Source: Eledone cirrhosa
Taxonomy: Eukaryota
DNA: 64,000 nt
Reading direction: 5' to 3'
NCBI GenBank assembly: GCA_964016885.1
Contig: OZ024745.1
Span: forward strand, 82,708,001-82,772,000
Numbering within the stretch: position 1 is the first letter of the stretch; the number at the start of each line of letters is the position of its first letter. The notes beneath the pieces were generated by a model. It saw nothing but the letters and a program-made list of their open reading frames with translations, searched no databases and had not been told where the DNA came from. Below, piece after piece: positions 30,996-46,950 of this stretch. The position numbers and the translations under genes were made by a program.

Positions 30996-33900
30996 GTCTT
31001 ACATAACCCCTTTACCACCGTTACAGTGGACAATGTAGTCTTACATAACCCCTTTACCACCATTACAATGGACAATGTAGTCTTACATAACCCCTTTACC
31101 ACCATTACAATGGACAATGTAGTTTTTACATAACCCCTTTACCAGCATTACAGTGGAAAATGTAATCTTACATAACCCCTTTATCACGATTACAGTGGAC
31201 AATGTAGTCTTACATAACCCATTTACCACCATTACAGTGGACAATGTAGTCTTACATAACCCCTTTACAACCATTACAGTGGACAATGTAGCCTTACATA
31301 ACCACCTTACCACCATTACAGTGGGTAATGTAGTCTTACATAACCCCTTTACCACCATTACAGTGGACAATGTAGTCTTACATAACCCTTTTATCACCAT
31401 TACAGTAGACAATGTAGCCTTACATAACCACTTTACCACCATTACAGTGGGTAATGTAGCCTTACATAACCTCTTTACCACCATTTCAGTGGGTAATGTA
31501 GCCTTACATAACCCCTTTACCACCATTACAGAGGACAATGTAGTCTTACATAACCCCTTTGCCACCATTACAGTGGACAATGTAGTCTTACATAACCCCT
31601 TTACCACCATTACAGTGGACATTGTAGTCTTACATAGCCCCTTTACCACCATTACAGTGGACAATGTAGTCTTACATAACACATTTACCACCATTACAGT
31701 GGACAATGTAGCCTTACATAACCCCTTTACCACCGTTACAGTGGACAATGTAGTCTTACATAACCCCTTTACCTCCATTATAGTGGACAATTTTGTCTTA
31801 CATAACCCCTTTACCACCATTACAGTGGACAATGTAGCCTTACATAACCCCTTTACCACTATTACAGTGAACAATGTAGTCTTACATAACCCCTTTACCA
31901 CCATTACAGTGGACAATGTAGCCTTACATAACCCCTTTACCACCATTAGAGTTTACAATGTAGTCTTACATAACCCCTTTACCATCATTACAGTTGACAA
32001 TGTAATCTTACATAACCCCTTTACCACCATTACAGTGGAGAGTGTAGCCTTACATAACCCCTTTACCACCATTACAGTGGAAAATGTAGTCTTACATAAC
32101 CCCTCTACCACCATTACAGTGAGTAATGTAGTCTTACATAACCCCTTTACCACCATTAAAGTGGACAATGTAGTCTTACATAACCCCTTAACCACCATTA
32201 CAGTGGACAATTTTGTCTTACATAACCCCTTTACCACCATTACAGTGGACAGTGTAGCCTTACATAACCCCTTTACCACCATTACATTGGACAATGTAGC
32301 CTTACATAACCCCTTTACCACCATTACAGTGGACAATGTAGTCTTACATAACCCCTTTACCACCATTAAAGTGGACAATGTAGTCTTACATAACCCCTTT
32401 ACCACCATTACAGTGGACAATTTAGTCTTACATAATCCCTTTACCACCATTACAGTGGACAATGTAGTCTTACATAACCCCTTTACCACCATTACAGTGG
32501 AAAATGTAGTCTTACATAACCCCTTTACCACCATTACAGTGGACAATGTAGCCTTACATAACCCCTTTACCACCATTACAGTGGACAATGTAGTCTTACA
32601 TAATCCCTTTACCACCATTACAGTGGACAATTTTGTCTTACATAGCCCCTTTACCACCATTACAGTGGACAGTGTAGCCTTACATAACCCCTTTACCACC
32701 ATTACAGTGGACAGTGTAGCCTTACATAACCCCTTTACCACCATTACAGTGGACAATGTAGTCTTACATAACCCCTTTACCACCATTACAGTGCACAATG
32801 TAGTCTTACATAACCCCTTTACCACCATTACAGTGGACAATGTAGTCTTACATAACCCCTTTACCACCATTACAGTGCACAATGTAGTCTTACATAACCC
32901 CTTTACCACCGTTACAGTGGACAATGTAGTCTTACATAACCCCTTTACCACCATTACAATGGACAATGTAGTCTTACATAACCCCTTTACCACCATTACA
33001 ATGGACAATGTAGTTTTTACATAACCCCTTTACCAGCATTACAGTGGAAAATGTAATCTTACATAACCCCTTTATCACGATTACAGTGGACAATGTAGTC
33101 TTACATAACCCATTTACCACCATTACAGTGGACAATGTAGTCTTACATAACCCCTTTACAACCATTACAGTGGACAATGTAGCCTTACATAACCACCTTA
33201 CCACCATTACAGTGGGTAATGTAGTCTTACATAACCCCTTTACCACCATTACAGTGGACAATGTAGTCTTACATAACCCTTTTATCACCATTACAGTAGA
33301 CAATGTAGCCTTACATAACCACTTTACCACCATTACAGTGGGTAATGTAGCCTTACATAACCTCTTTACCACCATTTCAGTGGGTAATGTAGCCTTACAT
33401 AACCCCTTTACCACCATTACAGAGGACAATGTAGTCTTACATAACCCCTTTGCCACCATTACAGTGGACAATGTAGTCTTACATAACCCCTTTACCACCA
33501 TTACAGTGGACATTGTAGTCTTACATAGCCCCTTTACCACCATTACAGTGGACAATGTAGTCTTACATAACACATTTACCACCATTACAGTGGACAATGT
33601 AGCCTTACATAACCCCTTTACCACCGTTACAGTGGACAATGTAGTCTTACATAACCCCTTTACCTCCATTATAGTGGACAATTTTGTCTTACATAACCCC
33701 TTTACCACCATTACAGTGGACAATGTAGCCTTACATAACCCCTTTACCACTATTACAGTGAACAATGTAGTCTTACATAACCCCTTTACCACCATTACAG
33801 TGGACAATGTAGCCTTACATAACCCCTTTACCACCATTAGAGTTTACAATGTAGTCTTACATAACCCCTTTACCATCATTACAGTTGACAATGTAATCTT

Positions 33901-36900
33901 ACATAACCCCTTTACCACCATTACAGTGGAGAGTGTAGCCTTACATAACCCCTTTACCACCATTACAGTGGAAAATGTAGTCTTACATAACCCCTCTACC
34001 ACCATTACAGTGAGTAATGTAGTCTTACATAACCCCTTTACCACCATTAAAGTGGACAATGTAGTCTTACATAACCCCTTAACCACCATTACAGTGGACA
34101 ATTTTGTCTTACATAACCCCTTTACCACCATTACAGTGGACAGTGTAGCCTTACATAACCCCTTTACCACCATTACATTGGACAATGTAGCCTTACATAA
34201 CCCCTTTACCACCATTACAGTGGACAATGTAGTCTTACATAACCCCTTTACCACCATTAAAGTGGACAATGTAGTCTTACATAACCCCTTTACCACCATT
34301 ACAGTGGACAATTTAGTCTTACATAATCCCTTTACCACCATTACAGTGGACAATGTAGTCTTACATAACCCCTTTACCACCATTACAGTGGAAAATGTAG
34401 TCTTACATAACCCCTTTACCACCATTACAGTGGACAATGTAGCCTTACATAACCCCTTTACCACCATTACAGTGGACAATGTAGTCTTACATAATCCCTT
34501 TACCACCATTACAGTGGACAATTTTGTCTTACATAGCCCCTTTACCACCATTACAGTGGACAGTGTAGCCTTACATAACCCCTTTACCACCATTACAGTG
34601 GACAGTGTAGCCTTACATAACCCCTTTACCACCATTACAGTGGACAATGTAGTCTTACATAACCCCTTTACCACCATTACAGTGCACAATGTAGTCTTAC
34701 ATAACCCCTTTACCACCATTACAGTGGACAATGTAGTCTTACATAACCCCTTTACCACCATTACAGTGCACAATGTAGTCTTACATAACCCCTTTACCAC
34801 CGTTACAGTGGACAATGTAGTCTTACATAACCCCTTTACCACCATTACAATGGACAATGTAGTCTTACATAACCCCTTTACCACCATTACAATGGACAAT
34901 GTAGTTTTTACATAACCCCTTTACCAGCATTACAGTGGAAAATGTAATCTTACATAACCCCTTTATCACGATTACAGTGGACAATGTAGTCTTACATAAC
35001 CCATTTACCACCATTACAGTGGACAATGTAGTCTTACATAACCCCTTTACAACCATTACAGTGGACAATGTAGCCTTACATAACCACCTTACCACCATTA
35101 CAGTGGGTAATGTAGTCTTACATAACCCCTTTACCACCATTACAGTGGACAATGTAGTCTTACATAACCCTTTTATCACCATTACAGTAGACAATGTAGC
35201 CTTACATAACCACTTTACCACCATTACAGTGGGTAATGTAGCCTTACATAACCTCTTTACCACCATTTCAGTGGGTAATGTAGCCTTACATAACCCCTTT
35301 ACCACCATTACAGAGGACAATGTAGTCTTACATAACCCCTTTGCCACTATTACAGTGGACAATGTAGTCTTACATAACCCCTTTACCACCATTACAGTGG
35401 ACATTGTAGTCTTACATAGCCCCTTTACCACCATTACAGTGGACAATGTAGTCTTACATAACACATTTACCACCATTACAGTGGACAATGTAGCCTTACA
35501 TAACCCCTTTACCACCGTTACAGTGGACAATGTAGTCTTACATAACCCCTTTACCTCCATTATAGTGGACAATTTTGTCTTACATAACCCCTTTACCACC
35601 ATTACAGTGGACAGTGTAGCCTTACATAACCCCTTTACCACCATTACAGTGGACAGTGTAGCCTTACATAACCCCATTACCACCATTACAGTGGACAATG
35701 TAGTCTTACATAACCCCTTTACCACCATTACAGTGGACAATGTAGCCTTACATAACCTCTTTACCACCATTACAGTGGACAGTGTAGCCTTACATAACCC
35801 CTTTACCACCATTACAGTGGACAATGTAGTCTTACATAACCACTTTACCACCATTACAGTTGACAATGTAGTCTTACATAACCCCTTTACCACCATTACA
35901 GTTGACAATGTAATCTTACATAACCCCTTTACCACTATTACAGTGGACAGTGTAGCCTTACATAACCCCTTTACCACCATTACAGTTGACAATGTAGTCT
36001 TACATAACCCCTTTACCACCATTACAGTTGACAACGTAATCTTACATAACCCCTTTACCACCATTACAGTGGACAGTGTAGCCTTACATAACCCCTCTAC
36101 CACCATTACAGTGGGTAATGTAGTCTTACATAACCCCTTTACCACCATTACAGTGGACAATGTAGTCTTACATAACCCCTTTACCACCATTACAGTGGAC
36201 AATGTAGTCTTACATAACCTGTTTACCACCATTACAGTAGACAATGTAGTCTTACATAACCCCTTTAGCACCATTACAGTGGACAATGTAGTCTTACATA
36301 ACCCCTTTTACCACCATTACAGTGGACAATGTAGTCTTACATAACCCCTTTACCACCATTACACTGGACAATGTAATCTTACATAACCCCTTCATCACGA
36401 TTACAGTGGACAATGTAGCCTTACATAACCCCTTTACCACTATTACAGTGGACAATGTAGTCTTACATAACCCCTTTACCACCATTACAGTGGACAATTT
36501 TGTCTTACATAACCCCTTTACAACCATTACAGTAGACAATGTAGCCTTACATAACCCCTTTACAACCATTACAGTGGACAGTGTAGCCTTACATAACCCT
36601 TTTACCACCATTACAGTGGACAATGTAGTCTTACATAACCCCTTTACCACCATTACAGTGTACAATGTAGCCTTACATAACCCCTTTACCACCATTAGAG
36701 TTTACAATGTAGTCTTACATAACCCCTTTACCACCATTACAGTGGACAATATAGTCTTACATAACCCCTTTACCAACATTACAGTGGGTAATGTAGTCTT
36801 ACATAACCCCTTTACCACCATTACAGTGGACGGTGTAGCTTACATAACCCCTTTGCCACCATTACAGTGGACAATGTAGTCTTACATAACCCCTTTACCA

Positions 36901-39900
36901 CCATTACAGTGGACAATGTAGTCTTACATAACCTCTTTACCACCATTACAGTAGACAATGTAGTCTTACATATCCCCTTCATCACCATTACAGTGGGTTA
37001 TGTAGTCTTACATAACCCCTTTACCACCATTACATTGGACAATGTAGCCTTACATAACCCCTTTAACACCATTACAGTGGTCAATGTAGTCTTACATAAC
37101 CCCTTTACCACCATTACAGTGGACAATGTAGTCTTGCATAACCCCTTTACCACCATTACAGTGGACAATTTAGTCTTACATAACCCCTTTACCACCATTA
37201 CAGTGGACAATGTAGTCTTACATAACCCCTTTACCACCATTACAGTGGAAAATGTAGTCTTACATAACCCCTTTACCACCATTACAGTGGACAATGTAGT
37301 CTTACATAACCCCTATACCACCATTACGGTGGACAATGTAGTCTTACATAACCCCTTTACCACCATTACAGTTGACAATGTAATCTTACATAACCCCTTT
37401 ACCACTATTACAGTGGACAGTGTAGCCTTACATAACCCCTTTACCACCAATACAGTGGACAGTGTAGCCTTACATAACCCCTCTACCACCATTACAGTGG
37501 GTAATGTAGTCTTACATAACCTCTTTACCACCATTACAGTGGACAATGTAGTCTTACATAACCCCTCTACCACCATTACAGTGGACAATGTAGTCTTACA
37601 TAACCCCTTTACCACCATTACAGTGGAAATGTAGTCTTACATAACCCCTTTACCACCATTACAGTGGACAATGTAGCCTTACATAACCCCTTTACAACCA
37701 TTACAGTGGACAGTGTAGCCTTACATAACCCCTTTACCACCATTACAGTGGACAATGTAGTCTTACATAACCCCTTTACCACCATTACAGTTGACAATGT
37801 AGTCTTACATAACCCCTTTACCACCATTACAGTTGACAATGTAATCTTACATAACCCCTTTACCACCATTACAGTGGACAGTGTAGCCTTACATAACCCC
37901 TCTACCACCATTACAGTGGGTAATGTAGTCTTACATAACCCCTTTACCACCATTACAGTGGACAATGTAGTCTTACATAACCCCTTTACCACCATTACAG
38001 TTGACAATGTAGTCTTACATAACCCCTTTACCACCATTACAGTTGACAATGTAATCTTACATAACCCCTTTACCACCATTACAGTGGACAGTGTAGCCTT
38101 ACATAATCCCTTTACCACCATTAAAGTGGACAATGTAGTCTTACATAACCCCTTTACCACCATTACAGTGGACAATGTAGCCTTACTTAAACCCTTTACA
38201 ACCATTACAGTTGACAATGTGGTCTTACATAACCCCTTTACCACCATTACAATGGACAATGTAGTCTAACATAACCCCTTTATCACCATTACAGTGGACA
38301 ATGTAGCCTTACATAACCCCTTTACCACCATTACAATGGACAATGTAGTTTTTACATAACCCCTTTACCAGCATTACAGTGGAAAATGTAATCTTACATA
38401 ACCCCTTTATCACGATTACAGTGGACAATGTAGTCTTACATAACCCATTTACCACCATTACAGTGGACAATGTAGTCTTACATAACCCCTTTACCACCAT
38501 TACAGTGGACAATGTAGCCTTACATAACCTCCTTACCACCATTACAGTGGGTAATGTAGTCTTACATAACCCCTTTACCACCATTACAGTGGACAATGTA
38601 GTCTTACATAACCCTTTTATCACCATTACAGTAGACAATGTAGCCTTACATAACCACTTTACCACCATTACAGTGGGTAATGTAGCCTTACATAACCTCT
38701 TTACCACCATTTCAGTGGGTAATGTAGCCTTACATAACCCATTTACCACCATTACAGAGGACAATGTAGTCTTACATAACCCCTTTGCCACCATTACAGT
38801 GGACAATGTAGTCTTACATAACACATTTACCACCATTACAGTGGACAATGTAGCCTTACATAACCCCTTTACCACCGTTACAGTGGACAATGTAGTCTTA
38901 CATAACCCCTTTACCTCCATTATAGTGGACAATTTTGTCTTACATAACCCCTTTACCACCATTACAGTGGACAGTGTAGCCTTACATAACCCCTTTACCA
39001 CCATTACAGTGGACAGTGTAGCCTTACATAACCCCATTACCACCATTACAGTGGACACTGTAGTCTTACATAACCCCTTTACCACCATTACAGTGGACAA
39101 TGTAGCCTTACATAACCCCTTTACCACCATTACAGTGGACAGTGTAGCCTTACATAACCCCTTTACCACCATTACAGTGGACAATGTAGTCTTACATAAC
39201 CCCTTTACCACCATTACAGTTGACAATGTAGTCTTACATAACCCCTTTACCACCATTACAGTTGACAATGTAATCTTACATAACCCCTTTACCACTATTA
39301 CAGTGGACAGCGTAGCCTTACATAACCCCTTTACCACCAATACAGTGGACAGTGTAGCCTTACATAACCCCTCTACCACCATTACAGTGGGTAATGTAGT
39401 CTTACATAACCTCTTTACCACCATTACAGTGGACAATGTAGTCTTACATAACCCCTCTACCACCATTACAGTGGAAAATGTAGTCTTACATAACCCCTTT
39501 ACCACCATTACAGTGGAAATGTAGTCTTACATAACCCCTTTACCACCATTACAGTGGACAATGTAGCCTTACATAACCCCTTTACAACCATTACAGTGGA
39601 CAGTGTAGCCTTACATAACCCCTTTACCACCATTACAGTGGACAATGTAGTCTTACATAACCCCTTTACCACCATTACAGTTGACAATGTAGTCTTACAT
39701 AACCCCTTTACCACCATTACAGTTGACAATGTAATCTTACATAACCCCTTTACCACCATTACAGTGGACAGTGTAGCCTTACATAACCCCTCTACCACCA
39801 TTACAGTGGGTAATGTAGTCTTACATAACCCCTTTACCACCATTACGGTGGACAATGTAGTCTTACATAACCACTTTACCACCATTACAGTGGACAATGT

Positions 39901-42900
39901 AGTCTTACATGATCCCTTTACCACCATTACAGTGGACAATTTTGTCTTACATAGCCCCTTTACCACCATTACAGTGGACAGTGTAGCCTTACATAACCGC
40001 TTTACCACCATTACAGTGGGTTAATTAGTCTTACATAACCCCTTTACCACCATTACAGTGGGCAATGTAGCCTTACATAACACCATTGCCACCATTACAG
40101 TGGACAATGTAGTCTTACATAACCCCTTTACCTCCATTACAGTGGACAATGTAGTCTTACATACACTGTTTACCACCATTACAGTAGACAATGTAGTCTT
40201 ACATAACCCCTTTACCACCATTACAGTGGACAATGTAGTCTTACATAACCCCTTTTACCACCACTACAGTGGACAATGTAGTCTTACATAACCCCTTTAC
40301 CACCATTACAGTGGACAATGTAGCCATACATAACCCCTTTACCATCATTACAGTGGACAATGTAGTCTTACATAACCCCTTTACCACCATTACAGTGGAC
40401 AATGTAGTCTTACATAACCTCTTTACCACCATTACAGTAGACAATGTAGTCTTACATAACCCCTTTACCACCATTACAGTGGAAAATGTAGTCTTACATA
40501 ACCCCTTTATCACGATTACAGTGGACAATGTAGCCTTACATAACCCCTTTACCACCATTACAGTGGACAATGTAGTCTTACGTAACCCCTTTATCACCAT
40601 TACAGTGGACAATGTAGCCTTACATAACCCCTTTAACACCAGTACAGTGGACAACGTAGTCTTACATAACCCCTTTACCATCATTACAGTGGACAATATA
40701 GTCTTACATAACCCCTTTACCAACATTACAGTGGGTAATGTAGTCTTACATAACCCCTTTACCACCATTACAGTGGACGGTGTAGCTTACATAACCCCTT
40801 TGCCACCATTACAGTGGACAATGTAGTCTTACATAACCCCTTTACCACCATTACAGTGGACAATGTAGTCTTACATAACCTCTTTACCACCATTACAGTA
40901 GACAATGTAGTCTTACATATCCCCTTTATCACCATTACAGTGGGTTATGTAGTCTTACATAAACCCTTTACCACCATTACAGTGGACAATGTAGCCTTAC
41001 ATAACCCCTTTACCATCATTACAGTGGACAATGTAGTCTTACATAAGCCCTTTACCACCATTACAGTGGACAATGTAGCCTTACATAACCCCTTTACCAC
41101 CATTACAGTGGACAATGTAGTCTTACATAACCCCTATACCACCATTACAGTGGACAATGTAGTCTTACATAACCCCTTTACCACCATTAAAGTGGACAAT
41201 GTAGTCTTACATAACCCATTTACCATCATTTCAGTGGACAATGTAGTATTACATAACCCCTTTACCACCATTACAGTGGAGAGTGTAGCCTTACATAACC
41301 CCTTTACCACCATTACAGTGGACAGTGGTGTCTGGCATAACCCCTTTACCACCATTACAGTGGACAGTGGTGTCTGACATAACCCCTTTACCACCATTAC
41401 TGTGGACAATGTAGTCTTACATAACCCCTTTACCACCATTACAGTGGACAATGTAGTCTTACATAATCCCTTTACAACCATTACAGTGGATAGTGTTGTC
41501 TTACATAACCCCTTTACCACCATTACAGTGGACAATGTAGTCTTACATAACCCCTTTACCACCATTACGGTGGACAATGTAGCCTTACATAACCCCTTTA
41601 CCACCATTACAGTGGGTTATGTAGTCTTACATAACCCATTTACCGCCATTACAGTGGACAATGTAACCTTACATAACCCCTTTACCACCATTACAGTGGG
41701 TTATGTAGTCCTACATAACCGCTTTACCACCATTACAGTAGACAATGTAGTCTTACATAACCTCTTTACCACCATTACAGTTGACAATGTTGTCTTAAAT
41801 AACCCCTTTACCACCATTACAGTGTACAATGTAGTCTTACATAACCCCTTTACAACCATTACAATTGACAATGTAGTCTTACATAACCCCTTTACCACCA
41901 TTACAGTGGAAATGTAGTCTTACATAACCCCTTTACCACCATTACAATGGACAATGTAGTCTTACATAACCTCTTTATCACCATTACAATGGACAATGTA
42001 GTCTTACATAACCCCTTTACCACCATTACAATGGACAATGTAGTTTTTACATAACCCCTTTACCAGCATTACAGTGGAAAATGTAATCTTACATAACCCC
42101 TTTATCACGATTACAGTGGACAATGTAGTCTTACATAACCCATTTACCACCATTACAGTGGACAATGTAGTCTTACATAACCCCTTTACCACCATTACAG
42201 TGGACAATGTAGCCTTACATAACCTCCTTACCACCATTACAGTGGGTAATGTAGTCTTACATAACCCCTTTACCACCATTACAGTGGACAATGTAGTCTT
42301 ACATAACCCTTTTATCACCATTACAGTAGATAATGTAGCCTTACATAACCACTTTACCACCATTACAGTGGGTAATGTAGCCTTACATAACCTCTTTACC
42401 ACCATTTCAGTGGGTAATGTAGCCTTACATAACCCCTTTACCACCATTACAGCGGACACTGTAGTCTTACATAACCCCTTTACCACCATTACACTGGACA
42501 ATGTAGTCTTACATAACCCCTTTACCACCATTACAGTGGGTTATGTAGTCTTACATAACCCCTTAACCGCCATTACAGTGGACAATGTAACCTTACATAA
42601 CCCCTTTACCACCATTACAGTAGACAAAGTAGTCTTACATAACCTCTTTACAACCATTACAGTTGACAATGTAGCCTTACATAACCTCCTTACCACCATT
42701 ACAGTGGGTAATGTAGTCTTACATAACCCCTTTACCACCATTTCAGTGGGTAATGTAGCCTTACATAACCCCTTTACCACCATTACAGTGGACAATGTAG
42801 TCTTACATAACCCCTTTACCACCATTACAGTGGACAATGTAGTCTTACATAACCTGTTTACCACCATTACAGTAGACAATGTAGTCTTACATAACCCCTT

Positions 42901-42956
42901 TAGCACCATTACAGTGGACAATGTAGTCTTACATAACCCCTTTTACCACCATTACA
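26363..42956. repeat. Macro-repeat copy 2 (16,594 bp; ~9.7 kb shorter than copy 1)
   Basis: 26363-~37280 matches copy 1 at offset 26304/26303. ~37900-42956 matches ~21310-26362 at offset 16594 (21785/38379, 23675/40269, 25480/42074). Confidence 0.85.
29935..35605. repeat. 45-monomer higher-order repeat, ~3 tandem units (1,891 bp)
   Basis: Cassette starts at 31153, 33044 and 34935. The 623-aa ORFs at 31153 and 33044 appear identical. Confidence 0.88.
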
Positions 42957-43169
42957 GTGGACAATGTAGTCTTACATAACCCCTTTACCACCATTACACT
43001 GGACAATGTAGTCTTACATAACCCCTTTATCACCATTACATTGGACAATGTAGCCTTACATAACCCCTTTACCATAATTACAGTGGGTAATGCAGTCTTA
43101 CATAACCCCTTTACTACCATTACAGTGGAAAATGTAATCTTACATAACCCCTTCATCACGATTACAGTG

Positions 43170-46100
43170 GACAATGTAGCCTTACATAACCCCTTTACCA
43201 CTATTACAGTGAACAATGTAGTCTTACATAACCCCTTTACCACCATTACAGTGGACAATGTAGCCTTACATAACCCCTTTACCACCATTAGAGTTTACAA
43301 TGTAGTCTTACATAACCCCTTTACCATCATTACAGTTGACAATGTAATCTTACATAACCCCTTTACCACCATTACAGTGGAGAGTGTAGCCTTACATAAC
43401 CCCTTTACCACCATTACAGTGGAAAATGTAGTCTTACATAACCCCTCTACCACCATTACAGTGAGTAATGTAGTCTTACATAACCCCTTTACCACCATTA
43501 AAGTGGACAATGTAGTCTTACATAACCCCTTAACCACCATTACAGTGGACAATTTTGTCTTACATAACCCCTTTACCACCATTACAGTGGACAGTGTAGC
43601 CTTACATAACCCCTTTACCACCATTACATTGGACAATGTAGCCTTACATAACCCCTTTACCACCATTACAGTGGACAATGTAGTCTTACATAACCCCTTT
43701 ACCACCATTAAAGTGGACAATGTAGTCTTACATAACCCCTTTACCACCATTACAGTGGACAATTTAGTCTTACATAATCCCTTTACCACCATTACAGTGG
43801 ACAATGTAGTCTTACATAACCCCTTTACCACCATTACAGTGGAAAATGTAGTCTTACATAACCCCTTTACCACCATTACAGTGGACAATGTAGCCTTACA
43901 TAACCCCTTTACCACCATTACAGTGGACAATGTAGTCTTACATAATCCCTTTACCACCATTACAGTGGACAATTTTGTCTTACATAGCCCCTTTACCACC
44001 ATTACAGTGGACAGTGTAGCCTTACATAACCCCTTTACCACCATTACAGTGGACAGTGTAGCCTTACATAACCCCTTTACCACCATTACAGTGGACAATG
44101 TAGTCTTACATAACCCCTTTACCACCATTACAGTGCACAATGTAGTCTTACATAACCCCTTTACCACCATTACAGTGGACAATGTAGTCTTACATAACCC
44201 CTTTACCACCATTACAGTGCACAATGTAGTCTTACATAACCCCTTTACCACCGTTACAGTGGACAATGTAGTCTTACATAACCCCTTTACCACCATTACA
44301 ATGGACAATGTAGTCTTACATAACCCCTTTACCACCATTACAATGGACAATGTAGTTTTTACATAACCCCTTTACCAGCATTACAGTGGAAAATGTAATC
44401 TTACATAACCCCTTTATCACGATTACAGTGGACAATGTAGTCTTACATAACCCATTTACCACCATTACAGTGGACAATGTAGTCTTACATAACCCCTTTA
44501 CAACCATTACAGTGGACAATGTAGCCTTACATAACCACCTTACCACCATTACAGTGGGTAATGTAGTCTTACATAACCCCTTTACCACCATTACAGTGGA
44601 CAATGTAGTCTTACATAACCCTTTTATCACCATTACAGTAGACAATGTAGCCTTACATAACCACTTTACCACCATTACAGTGGGTAATGTAGCCTTACAT
44701 AACCTCTTTACCACCATTTCAGTGGGTAATGTAGCCTTACATAACCCCTTTACCACCATTACAGAGGACAATGTAGTCTTACATAACCCCTTTGCCACCA
44801 TTACAGTGGACAATGTAGTCTTACATAACCCCTTTACCACCATTACAGTGGACATTGTAGTCTTACATAGCCCCTTTACCACCATTACAGTTTGACAATG
44901 TAGTCTTACATAACACATTTACCACCATTACAGTGGACAATGTAGCCTTACATAACCCCTTTACCACCGTTACAGTGGACAATGTAGTCTTACATAACCC
45001 CTTTACCTCCATTATAGTGGACAATTTTGTCTTACATAACCCCTTTACCACCATTACAGTGGACAATGTAGCCTTACATAACCCCTTTACCACTATTACA
45101 GTGAACAATGTAGTCTTACATAACCCCTTTACCACCATTACAGTGGACAATGTAGCCTTACATAACCCCTTTACCACCATTAGAGTTTACAATGTAGTCT
45201 TACATAACCCCTTTACCATCATTACAGTTGACAATGTAATCTTACATAACCCCTTTACCACCATTACAGTGGAGAGTGTAGCCTTACATAACCCCTTTAC
45301 CACCATTACAGTGGAAAATGTAGTCTTACATAACCCCTCTACCACCATTACAGTGAGTAATGTAGTCTTACATAACCCCTTTACCACCATTAAAGTGGAC
45401 AATGTAGTCTTACATAACCCCTTAACCACCATTACAGTGGACAATTTTGTCTTACATAACCCCTTTACCACCATTACAGTGGACAGTGTAGCCTTACATA
45501 ACCCCTTTACCACCATTACATTGGACAATGTAGCCTTACATAACCCCTTTACCACCATTACAGTGGACAATGTAGTCTTACATAACCCCTTTACCACCAT
45601 TAAAGTGGACAATGTAGTCTTACATAACCCCTTTACCACCATTACAGTGGACAATTTAGTCTTACATAATCCCTTTACCACCATTACAGTGGACAATGTA
45701 GTCTTACATAACCCCTTTACCACCATTACAGTGGAAAATGTAGTCTTACATAACCCCTTTACCACCATTACAGTGGACAATGTAGCCTTACATAACCCCT
45801 TTACCACCATTACAGTGGACAATGTAGTCTTACATAATCCCTTTACCACCATTACAGTGGACAATTTTGTCTTACATAGCCCCTTTACCACCATTACAGT
45901 GGACAGTGTAGCCTTACATAACCCCTTTACCACCATTACAGTGGACAGTGTAGCCTTACATAACCCCTTTACCACCATTACAGTGGACAATGTAGTCTTA
46001 CATAACCCCTTTACCACCATTACAGTGCACAATGTAGTCTTACATAACCCCTTTACCACCATTACAGTGGACAATGTAGTCTTACATAACCCCTTTACCA

Positions 46101-46950
46101 CCATTACAGTGCACAATGTAGTCTTACATAACCCCTTTACCACCGTTACAGTGGACAATGTAGTCTTACATAACCCCTTTACCACCATTACAATGGACAA
46201 TGTAGTCTTACATAACCCCTTTACCACCATTACAATGGACAATGTAGTTTTTACATAACCCCTTTACCAGCATTACAGTGGAAAATGTAATCTTACATAA
46301 CCCCTTTATCACGATTACAGTGGACAATGTAGTCTTACATAACCCATTTACCACCATTACAGTGGACAATGTAGTCTTACATAACCCCTTTACAACCATT
46401 ACAGTGGACAATGTAGCCTTACATAACCACCTTACCACCATTACAGTGGGTAATGTAGTCTTACATAACCCCTTTACCACCATTACAGTGGACAATGTAG
46501 TCTTACATAACCCTTTTATCACCATTACAGTAGACAATGTAGCCTTACATAACCACTTTACCACCATTACAGTGGGTAATGTAGCCTTACATAACCTCTT
46601 TACCACCATTTCAGTGGGTAATGTAGCCTTACATAACCCCTTTACCACCATTACAGAGGACAATGTAGTCTTACATAACCCCTTTGCCACCATTACAGTG
46701 GACAATGTAGTCTTACATAACCCCTTTACCACCATTACAGTGGACATTGTAGTCTTACATAGCCCCTTTACCACCATTACAGTGGACAATGTAGTCTTAC
46801 ATAACACATTTACCACCATTACAGTGGACAATGTAGCCTTACATAACCCCTTTACCACCGTTACAGTGGACAATGTAGTCTTACATAACCCCTTTACCTC
46901 CATTATAGTGGACAATTTTGTCTTACATAACCCCTTTACCACCATTACAG
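43170..46950. repeat. 45-monomer higher-order repeat, ~2 tandem units (1,892 bp)
   Basis: Cassette starts at 44386 and 46278. The minus-strand 351-aa ORFs at 43295 and 45187 match. Confidence 0.82.
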
